Source of the DNA: Bugula neritina
Lineage: Eukaryota; Animalia; Bryozoa
Assembly: GCA_964035545.1 (NCBI GenBank)
Contig: OZ037771.1
Coordinates: 5,489,190-5,553,189, forward strand
Reading direction: 5' to 3'
Length of the DNA stretch: 64,000 bases
The notes under the pieces were generated by a model that ran no database searches, was not told the origin of the DNA, and saw only the letters and a program-made list of their open reading frames with translations. Positions 49,112 through 60,842 of this stretch are shown in pieces (the stretch's first letter is position 1; every line of letters starts with the position of its first letter). Made by a program: the position numbers and the translations under genes.

Positions 49112-49596
49112 ATATATTGACTTTAAGAATGGTGGTCTATTTCAACATAGCAATGTTTAGTGTTTATAAGAAGTCTATAAAAGCTGTGGTGTGTTCCAAC
49201 GCATTTTACTGTTTAAATTCTAAAAGAAAATTCCTATAGTGATACTACCGAGGTCTTCAAGATACAATTTGGTGCGAGAGTGATGGCTGCATCTGCTTCC
49301 TATATTTTTATTTTGCTCAAGTATTCTACTCACATTAGGCTTCTCAATGAAGTATATTATAAAATGCCTGCGTCCTGAAAACTATAATATATAACTGTAC
49401 AACATGCCCTAGCCTGTACTATCAAGAAGTAACACAAAGGATCCAACATGTCAATTTTTATTATAACTTTCATAATATGTTATTTATATATTTATAGTAC
49501 AAATGTTGCTCAAGTGTATACGTATTATAGATAATGTCATTGTGATCGAGTTTTCTCTACAACTGCTTTTTATAGTGTATTTATATTATGAGTGAA

Positions 49597-52500
49597 TTAA
49601 CACGGCAATGGTGGATTAAATTTAGGGAACAAATAGAGTTTTCTTCTTTTTGTAGGAAAACAATCACATGTTGGTTGCTGTCCTCCTATGTTAATATCTC
49701 GTTTAGATGCTAAAATACTCTTTTCTCTCACAATTTCTTTCACCTGTAAATTACACCAGAGAGTACATGTAAACTTGTAAATTTGTAAGTAGTTGTTACA
49801 AAAAAAAAACAAATATATTGAAAAGCATGCATGAGAAAGGATAGTTAGCGAATAGTTTTAGTCAGTGATATGTCTGACAAAATCACGAATCTATAACAAA
49901 CTAACACATTTTAGTGCATGACTTTTGTACTAATCATGTGACTCAGTAGGTAACTGTTTCTCTTTGTCATGAGATAACAGGTGATCTAGTGCCTGCACTA
50001 TATTGGCGGAAAGTTTATTTCCTCATACTAAGTAGCACCTTCAATGTACAATTTACTAGCATTTTTAAAACATGATTTATATAAAGATATTAATTCTGCA
50101 TATAATGTATGTATATAGTATACGAATAACTAGAGTAACTTAAAAGCTTGTTTAACAAGAGTTACCTCATCAAATATAGCCTGGATATCTTTGTCACATG
50201 CATGGTTGTATAGAGTCACAGTCAGGGCTCTGATTAACCACGTACCAAACCTTGTATGTCTGGCTGAACGATAACCTATATAATTTTAAATGAAAGTTGA
50301 ACAAAGTTAGATACAAATTTTAACAGAATTACAAAGGTTTAGCTCTAATCGAAAGTTGCCATTAATTTTACTGAGAATTAATGTAGTCTGCTTTGTGGTA
50401 CAGCTGAGCGAGCATTTAATTGTTCACCTTTCACTGCAATGTCTTGATTGGTGACAGGGCTGAGTGAGCATTTGGCTGAAGCTATTTTCAAGTATGCGTA
50501 TTATTTCTTATGAAAACTTACTGAAAAAACATGCTTTTAGAATAAACAGGTCATCAGTTGCCAAGTAATCTCCAGGAAATGGAGATTCTGTCTTCACCAG
50601 CTGCTTCGCTGTGTGACCGACGGTGTCATCGGTGTAAAAACCCAGACTGTCTGGCCTATCTGTATAATACAGATTATATCGTATATATATATGTAGGAGA
50701 TTAATGTAAGTTTATAACATAAACTCCCATAAAACAAAAAAATAATATTGGTTTCAGTAAATGTCAGTTATACATTTCTCACCACCAGCACATGCTTGTA
50801 TAATAATAATCTTGGGTTTGCCAGCCATATATTGAAAGTTGTAGGGAGACATCAGATCAAATATGTCGGACAATTCAATTGGTCGACCATCTTTACCATA
50901 AATTTGATCTTTAGTTCCATGAGTCATGATTACTAGAGCGCTAGCTCCAAGTCCTTCATAGTCTTGTTGTTGAGTTTCGTTCTCTATGTCTGTCAGCATT
51001 TGCTATATTAAACCAGATGTTTTCTATACATGTTATCAATAGATTATGCAAATACACTATATGTTTCCCTTGTTGTATTGTACAAATTAGATACCTCATT
51101 CAACCAATGGGACAGTTCTATTCAAGTGAAATCTCAGGATATTGCTTAATGCAGCACAATTTTTGTGATGGCTGAGTGCAGTGATTGGAAGAGGGTTTTG
51201 AGTTCCGGGTAAAGGGTTTGGAGTTTGGCCAATGAAGTGTATACAAGTACTGCACTCAGTGACTCCTAACTTTGTGCTGCATTTAGTGATCCTTAAAATC
51301 TTGAACTCTGCTAGCAAGAATTGATTTATTGGTAAGTGGAAGAGCTGTTCACATTGCTTAGTTTGACGGGACAGGTTATTTGATTATAACAGGATGAAGT
51401 GTTTCGGGAAAAAGGCAAGGATCAACATGACTTTGTTATAGCAAACAATTAACATTGTAAACATAGTTTATAGTCATAGGTTGTAAAAATTTTCATGCAG
51501 GCTAGCATGGATGAGAAGCCATGTGACTAATGCTAATAAAGTAATATAGCTTAGAACTGAGATACTATGGTAATCTAATGCATGTATACTGCAAGATTTA
51601 AATTTAACTAATAAACACCTTGCTAGTACGATCTGATTTTACTTCACAAACAAAATCAAGTTCCTCGAACACATTTTTGATATTCACAAGATCTTTTTCG
51701 GATCCTTCTCTGTCTTCTAAAGAGATTTGTCCCACAGCAGGATCAGCAGGCTTTTCAAAAGAATTGTTGTTAAGGATAAGACAGCGGCCTCTGACAGGTA
51801 AAGATGTTGGGTATACCTGTTCGAAAAATATAGACATGCCCTTGACAACAAACTGTGAATAATATGACGACTTTGTAACATTAAAGTTGCTAAATAAGGT
51901 AACATTTCAGTTAGAGTGTCATCAATATATTGTTGTTGTTAGACAAGTATGGTCATCCATAGCTATCTTTTATATAATTGAAACATTTTCAAATAGCCTA
52001 GCAGTTATGAGCTTTATTGACCAATTAGCAAATTACTAATTTAGGAGCAGTAGCGGAGAAATTGAGAAAAGGCTTTGTTCTAGAGTACAAATGTGTAGCA
52101 GAAGAAATTATGTCCTCGCAAGAATTTCAACCTGCGCCCCTAACCAAAATTTGAGAAACCTATGCTGTCTCAATTTCTTTGCTACTGCTCTTAATAGAGG
52201 TAGGGGCAAAAATTGAGAAAAGCCTGTGTTCTAGAGTACAAATGTAGCAGAATAAATTATGTCCTCGCAAGAATTTCAACCTGCGCCTATGGCAAAGAAT
52301 ATGATCACATAATCTTAGTTCATGCAGACTCAAAGTCCTGTGGAGCAATTTGGACTAAAACACTAATTAATTTTGTTTTAAGGTAAAATACACATTATTT
52401 ACTCTGCTGGAGTGAAAAAGCTCTGTGATTGCTGGAGCAGTACAGGGTTTCATCGACAACTGGATTATATCTCCATTGGTGTTAGTCTCATCCAAGAACT

Positions 52501-54365
52501 TTAGGCTGTCTTGTAAATTCTTTGATAGTTGTGATTCTACATGCAATACAAAACAACCACAGCTGATATAAGCTTCAATTTTACTAAATAACATGATGCA
52601 TGCGCATAACTATTTTTTGCTGATGGATGTGCATTCATAATGTTATTTCATAATTCTCTAAAAACACATTTTTCAGATAAATTTAGAATTTAAGTTAGCA
52701 AATTAGTCTCGCTTGCTGCATGAGTAATCATATGGGCTCACCTTCATCCTCAGATGCTGCTTTTCCCAAATATTCTTCTATAAAAGATACCGAGTCTGTC
52801 ATATTTCTGACTTTAGCTAATTCAAGGGGAGTCAAATTTTCTGTTGTATTCTTTATATTCAAAATATCTAAACCTTGGGTAAATGACAAGTTGTTAAATA
52901 AACACTTCATAGTTTCTGTGTGACCGACTGCCTGATGTACTGCTGTATTACCATCCTTATTCTGTATTACAAGAAGTTTGTGAAAGTCACGTTTTGGCAA
53001 AGAATTCATCGCGAGTTTCATGATTGCCGTGTATCCTTTGTATGCGACGCAGTGCAAAACTAAATCACCATTGTTATCTTGAATCATGGACAGCTTGTAT
53101 AAGTCATCAGCCAGTATGGAGGTTACTATACCCTTCATTGCCTTTATGTGACCACTTTCTGCTGCCAAGTGAGCTGCAGTTTGACTATTAGAGTTCTGAA
53201 TGGAAAGTATATTACTCAGGTAAGCTGCTGGAACAGAATTCATAATGCAAGACAATACTCCAATATGGCCTTTCCATGCCGCAATGTGCACAGCTGTGTT
53301 TTTGTCTTTATCTTCTAAAGCGAGGAGTTTGTACAAATCAAATGTTGGTAAAGAGCTTAAAATACAAGTTAATGTCTGTGCATGATTTTTGAGTGCTGCA
53401 CAATGGACAGCTGTTTGACCTTGTTTGTTCTGTTTAAGGAGAAGTTTGAACGAGTCCCCCACCAGAACAGAGTCTAGTATATATGTCAAGGTTCCTGAAT
53501 GCCCGTTGCTCATCACGTAATGTATGGCTGTGCTACCATTCTTATTCTGCACATTTAAAAGCCTGTACCAGTCAGCTGCTGACAAGGCTTCTAAAATGTG
53601 TTTGAATATTTCTGTACTTCCTCTGTGAGCTGCCCAATGGAGTGCTGTGTAGTCATTTTTGTCTTGTTTAGTAAGCACGTTGTAGACACTACCTGTTGGA
53701 ATGAAACCTAGAATGCACTTCACAGTTTCCGAGTGACTATTGCCTGCGGCAAAGTGTATGGCTGTATTCTGATTGTTATCCTGAGTGATGACTAGAGGGT
53801 GAATGGCAGTTGTTGGTACAGAGGCTAAAATACATTTTAATGCTTCTGTGTGTCCACCTAGAGCTGCGTAATGTATAGCTGTGTTGCCACCATTATTTAT
53901 CTTTCTTATTAGTTTGCTCAAGTCGGAGGGGGATAAGTACTCCACTATGCTTTCTATAGTTTTCTTATGGCCTTTGAGTGATGAATAGTGCAAAGCTGTA
54001 TTACCTTTCCCGTCTTGAATACTAAGTAATTTGAAGAAATCGGTTGCATGCACAGAAGCAGCTGCACATTTCACTGTCTCTATGTTACCACTATCCATTG
54101 CTGAGTGCATGATTGTGCTTCCATTTGAATTTTGAATGGCAAGTAGTTTGCACAAGTCTTCTGTCTGTAATATCTCAGCTATACACTTGAAGGCATCATG
54201 CTTTTTGCTATCTACAATCCATTGCAGAAGTGACTCCCCACTTTTCACTTGTTGATCCACAAACTTTGCCTGTGCAGTGGCTGACAGAGATGTTAGAACT
54301 TTTCTCATTTCCTTCTCATCCTCAACACAGTTTTTTAGTCGAACATAAGTGCTGTCTGAAGACAT
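49597..54365 (-). CDS. Ankyrin-repeat caspase (~856 aa); exons 54365-52742, 52536-52403, 51816-51619, 51002-50783, 50659-50522, 50275-50166, 49743-49597
   Basis: Exon 1 encodes ~13 ankyrin repeats (GNTALHY, TAIHFAA etc.) and splices in phase (GAAG|GTGAGC to TAG|AA) via a linker exon into caspase p20 (RGRCLILNN, DREGSEKD, VIMTHG, GKPKIIIIQACAG) and p10 (DDLFILKA, YRSARHTRFGTWLIRAL, QQP...RRKLYLFP). All six introns GT-AG and phase-consistent. Confidence 0.87.
51148..51283. mobile_element. Degenerate MITE-like element, probably related to 18451-18598
   Basis: AATGCAGCACAA...CTGAGTGCAGT / ACTGCACTCAG...TTGTGCTGCATT inverted ends with a G-rich core; similar remnant at ~38390-38520. Confidence 0.6.
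52041..52290. mobile_element. MITE-like element (52041-52194) followed by a partial tandem copy; same family at 60691-60842 and ~61538-61615
   Basis: TIRs TTAGGAGCAGTAGCGGAGAAATTGAGA / TCTCAATTTCTTTGCTACTGCTCTTAA; internal GAGAAAAGCCTGTGTTCTAGA...AAATGTAGCA shared by all copies. Confidence 0.78.
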
Positions 54366-55513
54366 TTTTACGTGAATGTTGCTGTATATTCTACTAGCCA
54401 CTGTGCTTACATGTTAGTCAGATTCTTTACAATAGTTCAATAGAGCAGTGAAAGCATAATTTTATAATATAATGCAGGCTATTGACTATAGGTAACCGAG
54501 TAGCTATTAATTTATTATTATGCAACCAATAAACTTCATTTGTTCTATCAATCAATAGGTTAACACTGTCAGGCAACACGAGCTTTGCTTCATTGCCTCT
54601 AAATCAGTGAGTTGCTCCTTAGCCTCGCAATTGTTTTACCAAGTTATCGAAAATGTGAATTGCTTGTGTTACATTGGAACTTGATGGCATTGTAAAACAG
54701 ACATTTAACTCGTTGATATAAATAGAAAGTTTATCCTGAATGCTTACTATCAATTAAATATATTATTTTCATAAGAGAAGACAAATCTAAACATTTTTAA
54801 ACATAATATGCACATGCTGTTATATTATATTGTTCATCTATGAGAGTATTGCATTGTGCATAAAATACTTAGTTATTTATTATATTAAACTGCACGACAA
54901 CAAAACCAAAAGTTACTGCCTCTAAAGAGTTATAAATAGAAAGGACCGCATGCTGGAATTAAGTTCACAGAGTTGTCTGCCTAATCTTACTAAATACTGT
55001 TTAACCAGCCAATGACTTATAAATAGTATTATTAGAAAGCATCCAGGAATTAGGTTCATAGAGTTGGCTGCCTAATCTTACTTACGGCTGAAGGGTATTA
55101 TAAACACAGAAAGTGAAAAAACGTGAACTTGAACATTAAAAAATGTGCATGCTCGGCTAAATGGTAACCAATAAACTTTTTCACATAAAATCTACCTGAA
55201 ATCTGCACGAAACGGTTCAATTTTGGCCCTCACAATCATGCAGCCAATTTGAAAAATTTGCTTATTTGGCCTCATGATAATTGTAATAAAGGCTTTTCGG
55301 CCAAATAAGCCATTATTTTCTTGTTCTCTCTATGTTAGCTGGTTATGAGTTAGTGCAGCAGGAGAAGGGTAGCATGTACTACTCAAATGATTGGTTGTCT
55401 CAATCTACATGAATATATTCATGCACATCATAACTATGAGTATAGCTTAGTGAAGTGATGATTGTATTAGTATTTAATTCTCTTTCTTTGCTTGGTATAT
55501 AATTGTGTGAGGT

Positions 55514-55551
55514 CCGCCACCCTATCAGGATATGGCGGAGTAAGTTGAGAG
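55514..55551 (+). mobile_element. 38-bp insertion with 17-bp TSD; likely 3' tip of a 5'-truncated non-LTR retroposon
   Basis: ATATAATTGTGTGAGGT repeated at 55497-55513 and 55552-55568 around CCGCCACCCTATCAGGATATGGCGG (hairpin) plus a short tail. Confidence 0.62.
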
Positions 55552-56706
55552 ATATAATTGTGTGAGGTAAGGTTTGCAACGAAGTTTCTATGAAGGAGTG
55601 TGAATCTGTATCAGGTTACAGCTTGTATATAGAATAAAATACATCAGGGTTGACAACTGTCTAATTACTAGTGAAGATTATCTAGTCTGCTGCTGTAGTA
55701 GTAGAGTTAATTTGTGCAGTTATAATTGAAAAGTAAAAGAACTACGTTACAGTCACAGTTTATACATGTGTTCTAGTGTGAGATTTACACCTAGAAGTCA
55801 GATGACACGTACATGCTTATATCTAAATTCTTTACTATTAAGTAATTAACTGGTCTGATATAATAACATAATGAGCTCAAATTTGTAAGGTTAGTCAGTT
55901 ATAATGGATTTTATGTACATAAATGCTGACAATATTGAGGAATACCTTATAATATTGCGTCTATCATTATTTAATGCAGGAAGCTAGATTTCTAGCAGAA
56001 AAAAAGATTATTTGCTATTTGCAACACACGTTGTATTAGTTATTTAGATCCAAAAACTTATATAATTAGTTAACTGCATGTTGACATATTTAATATTGCA
56101 ATTTCAGAAGAAGAGACTACAATATATCATTAAAAATATACAGTAATATTTTTTGAAAATAGCTGTGGTATATTTTATTATTGTACAAATTATAAAAGGT
56201 AAGGATTCAAGTCAAGTGTCGAATATGGTTAGAATCCCATAATTCTACTGATATTAACCTTATAAGTTATTAGGTAATCTTACATTATAATATTATTTTT
56301 TGGATTTCTATACCACACAACTTATTTATTCCTTAAAAGAGACTGAAATACTAAAATTTTCACAGCTTGTACATTTGGAAAAAAATTTACAAGCGGATTC
56401 TGATCAAAATAGTATTAGTTCTTTCATTCTTCACACCCAGCTGTTTGGTAGGTGGGGTTGTCCACTCCTGATTTCACATGTCCTTCACGCTTGATTAGTT
56501 CTATTGATAGCTTATTTTGTTTTTCTACATCATCTAAAAAACAATTGCTTTCTGAAATCAACTATGAAGCTATTCTTGGGCACACATTAATCAGTTGGAA
56601 CTTGTTAATTCAACACTTTTTCCTAGCTATTTTTATTATTTACTACAATATATATATTCTTCAGCTTTGGGTTATGTGTATATGCAAGGCACTTTACACG
56701 TTCGCA

Positions 56707-58641
56707 TCAGTCATTTCGTCCTGTTTGGATGAGCAACACGAAAATAGCAAAACAGTGCAGGAAGCAACAGGAAAAGCAAATATTAACACACCTTTAGAAT
56801 AAAAATCTAATAATTATGCCAATAATGCACACACCAAAACTACAACTTGTGTAATGTAATTATTTAAACAACTTGAATCTCTAGCAACTAATATAATATA
56901 ATATAATATTCTACAAACTAATGTCAAAAAATTGAACAACCAACCAAATTCCTTTGGTTTGTCTGCTCCTTGTTTCTTAGATTTTGGTGTGACCATAACT
57001 GTTTTGTACTCGGTTTTCCCTCTGTGTTTACACCACATTACCAGAATGATAAGGAGAACCAGGAATAGCAGGCAGGCAATGACCGACATGGCAATGAGAG
57101 GATCTTTATAAATGTCCTTTCCATCTTCTGGAACGGTAGTTTGTTGCTGATCTAAAATAGACAGATACACAAATATTTTGTCATCTTCTTTCAGAGAGTA
57201 TATTACAGTTTAGCAATTACTAATAAAATTACATACTTATATTATAACACTTAATTATAAAAACTTTCCGTTGCGTATGCATGATGCACGATAACATTCA
57301 AAAAGTTCCATGCTTGCAAGAAAATTTCGGTAGAAACTAGAAATTTACAGGCTATTGTACTAAATCTCAGTCTGAGAGCTTTATGAACATGCATACAGAA
57401 ATTTATAGCTCCAATCCAGTCCATGTTGGTCTATCAGCAGTTATATGCTGTAGTACATGCAACACTCTTGGCTTTTGAATTTTCTTATAAAGGTGTTTTT
57501 CAAGATTTAATATGTTGATCAATATTTGAAAATAACAAGATTAGCAGCATGTAGTAAAATAAGCAGTAGCCATTTTGTATTATGCTCACACAAATAGGAA
57601 ATAACTCTTCATAAAAACATTTGTTCAACAGTTCCTACTGAATGTGACCTATATTGATATTCATATTGGTGCTGCACACAGAATTTATCTATGCAGAACC
57701 AGATTTATTATATGATTATATGCCATTATGCACTGTTACTTTGCAAGCATTAAATTTGTTGAATTGAAACTCAATTTTTGAAAATTAATTATTGCAACAC
57801 TGTTTAGTTTTTGTAAAAATTCAAATTAAATTCTATTGTCCTAAGAATGGTAAATTTTCGTCAACAAGTAAGTATATATAGAAAACTCACACAAGTTTAT
57901 AGTCACTCTCTCTGTGAGAAACCCCTGATGGAAGAGGTTTTTGTTAAATAGGGCTAAGGACTTATTTATCTATGTGGCACAGAGGCAATTATGACTGGAT
58001 GCTCTTGCTAGTATCACCAATGGCCTTTGTCGGGGTTCGAACCCATGACTTTGTGTTTACAAAGCAAACACTTTAACCCCTAGACTTTGGCTGCTATTAA
58101 GTTAATATATAAAAGACAAAATAATACAGCTTATACAGAGGTGTACTTTGCTACCTTGATTATTAGTTGGTGCCAGGCTGGCAAGAGTGCTTGTAGTTGT
58201 CTCTGTAATTGAAGAAAGGGTTGTCAAAGCTTTCTCGTGCACAGTTGTTACATCTGCCACTGAGAAAGTGCTGTTTGCTGTTGTTGAGGTGTCCACTAAG
58301 CCTGTGCTAGTAGCATTCATTAACGAAGATGTTGTTGCATTCAGCATTGCGTTTGTTGAGGAGGATAATATGGAGGTGGTGGTAGTTGGGAAGCTACTGT
58401 TTGCATCCTGACTAGTAACAAGCAATGTTGTGGAGCTCACTGAACTGGTTTCGCTGATGGAATTGGTGACATTATTCATGGCAGATACCGTTGTGGTGCT
58501 GTTATCTTGAAGTGTTTTCATCAAGGATGAGGTGCTGTTCAACATCTGCGTGAAAGTGCTGGAATTATTTTCAAACAGGGAGGACTGGGTAGATGTAGAC
58601 AGGTCTGTAGTGGTCATTTTTGTTGAAGAGCTGGTTGTCAT
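56707..58641 (-). CDS. Ser/Thr-rich (mucin-like) single-pass membrane glycoprotein, ~235 aa; exons 58641-58155, 57151-56945, 56720-56707
   Basis: S/T-rich ectodomain with multiple N-x-S/T sequons, TM PLIAMSVIACLLFLVLLIILVMWC, basic stop-transfer KHRGK, short tail; junctions in phase; terminal exon less certain. Confidence 0.75.
57885..58096 (-). mobile_element. tRNA-derived SINE, second copy
   Basis: Reverse complement aligns along its length with 26616-26817 (B-box GGTTCGAACC, GCATCCAGTCATAATTGC, AATAAGTCCTTAGCCC, GACTATAAACTTGT). Confidence 0.85.
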
Positions 58642-58759
58642 GGCTCACTGGTTACATCTGTAATAATATTTACCAGAGATTAATCTGTGATGTCAGCAGC
58701 TGAGATTATGGTGTCAAGGACAAATAATGCGAGTGATGTCACAAGCTAATATGTGTTGC

Positions 58760-58976
58760 GTCACCAGCTAGTGTGTATTATGTCATCAGCTAGTGTGTAT
58801 TATGTCATCAGCTAGTGTGTATTATGTCATCAGCTACAGTGTGTATTATGTCATCAACTAGCGTATGTGATGTCATCAGCTAGTGTATAATGTCCTTAGC
58901 TAGTGTGTATTATGTCATTATAGCTATAGCGTGTATTATGTCATCAACTAGTGTGTATTATATGTCATCAGCTAGC
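58760..58976. repeat. ~22-bp tandem repeat (TGTCATCAGCTAGTGTGTATTA)
   Basis: About 9 visible units. Confidence 0.9.
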
Positions 58977-60115
58977 TGTCATTTTAAAGAACTTTAAGTA
59001 CAGTACAACTAGTGTGCATGAAAATTCATTAAACCTCATCAAACAAGTATAACTCTGAGATGATAGCCTTAGTAGGAACATAATTTATTTCCTGTAATTC
59101 ATGTGTTTAGTAAATTGTATGATATAATAAAACCATAACCTCTTTTTTTGGAGTTGTTTACCCGTTACAGCAATATACAAAATAAAAATATTTTTATAAA
59201 TTAAATTCTCATATGAGTTTTATTAAAGCATCAAAAAACTCGAAATGTTCTTAGGTACAATCCATAATAAAAGGCTTCATGCTAAGATGCCATAAATGCT
59301 GCAGTGATTTTATCTATAATTGGCAATGAAACGGATGCTATTTCAAATTTACTATATTTTCTCTCAAGAAGTATTGTACAGCTAATTTAGCTACCAAGAT
59401 GTAAAAGCAATGAAACAATATTATGTTTATTAATATAAATAAGATGTTTTGATATTTTAAATTCAAGAGGGATATATCTAATGGTAGTTAGTACATTCAG
59501 TGCAAATCAATAAATAAAGTTACAAATAAGTAAAATTTGACTTCTTTAAAAATACTGAAACTATAATCACCCAATCAATAAAATACATATAGCAGACCTT
59601 TACTTTAATGTTTTAATAAAAATAAATCTGGTACAATTGTAACGTTATATATACAAACATGAAAAGCCATTACCATATCCTACAATGGTAAATGAGTATG
59701 CTATACCATTATGTTCTTAATTATGCAATAATATAAACCATGTAACATAATACATATAATATAATTATTCAAAGAAATGCCATGAAAACCACATTTCGGA
59801 AGGATTGATAAAAGGAAACAATCACAGACACAGCTATATAAAGCAGTGGAATGAAGCAGAACTGAAATATGAGAGCTTTGAAGAATGTATACTCTCAAAA
59901 TATTTGTGGATACAGTTGATGTATATGAACTGACCTTTAATAAGTTTAATTTCACGTGACGGAAACAAGCTTATAGGAACGCACACACGCACACACAGAC
60001 ACACACATATATATAGTAAAACTATAAGTTTCTACTATTGCGAAGGTGTGGGCCATGGTACTCTGTTCTGTGCTGATGAGGGGACAAATCCAGAAACAGC
60101 TGCTGTACACAGATT

Positions 60116-60118
<3 letters not shown>

Positions 60119-60157
<39 letters not shown>

Positions 60158-60290
60158 GTATATATATATGATGTATATAATGTATATAATGTCTATCATG
60201 TATATAATGTATACAATGTATATAATGTCTATAATGTATATAATGTCTATAATGCATATAACGTATATAATGTATATAATGTATGTATCA
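60119..60290. repeat. (TA)n followed by 9-bp ATGTATATA-type repeat
   Basis: Direct observation. Confidence 0.92.
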
Positions 60291-60690
60291 TAGCGTTAGA
60301 GTCAGCACTATACTTCTCTCATCAATAATGATGCACAAAAAATAATTACACAAACATTTTAAAAGTATGACTGATTAAGTTGTAAATGTATCTCTTTTGA
60401 TATCAAGTGAGATAAAATAAAGCCCAAGTTGACATGACTTCAGTGTTGATGAGACTAACTGACTCCAACATTATGTACTTGATGTGTGACAGCAGATGGA
60501 AATGTTTTGTCTGGGAAATAAGAATTTAACAAGCAGTCTGCATTGTATGTTAGTATTTGTTTGACAAAACTCTTTACAGTTAATAGCAGCCTAATTGGCC
60601 TCCACCCTGAACGTTAATTGCTGGGAGGTGTATAGTGTTCCACAGAAATGTCACAGGTATGTGTACTGAGTATGTGATGTGAAGGTAGGT

Positions 60691-60842
60691 GCAGTAATGG
60701 AGGAATTGAGAAAAGCCTGTGTTCTAGATTGAAAATGTAGCAAAAGAAGTTATGCTCTCACAAAAATTTCAACTCTAGCCCCAAACCAAAATTTAATAAT
60801 AGAATTAAAAAACTTAGGCTATCTCAATTTTCTTCACTACTG
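60691..60842. mobile_element. MITE-like element, family of 52041-52194
   Basis: GCAGTAATGGAGGAATTGAGA...TCTCAATTTTCTTCACTACTG inverted ends and shared internal sequence. Confidence 0.72.

Noticed and set aside
18172-58641. Idea that the dispanin-like, ANK-caspase and mucin-like genes form a functional immune cluster
   Set aside because: They are separated by conserved RYK and septin genes; adjacency in an animal genome is not evidence of a shared pathway.
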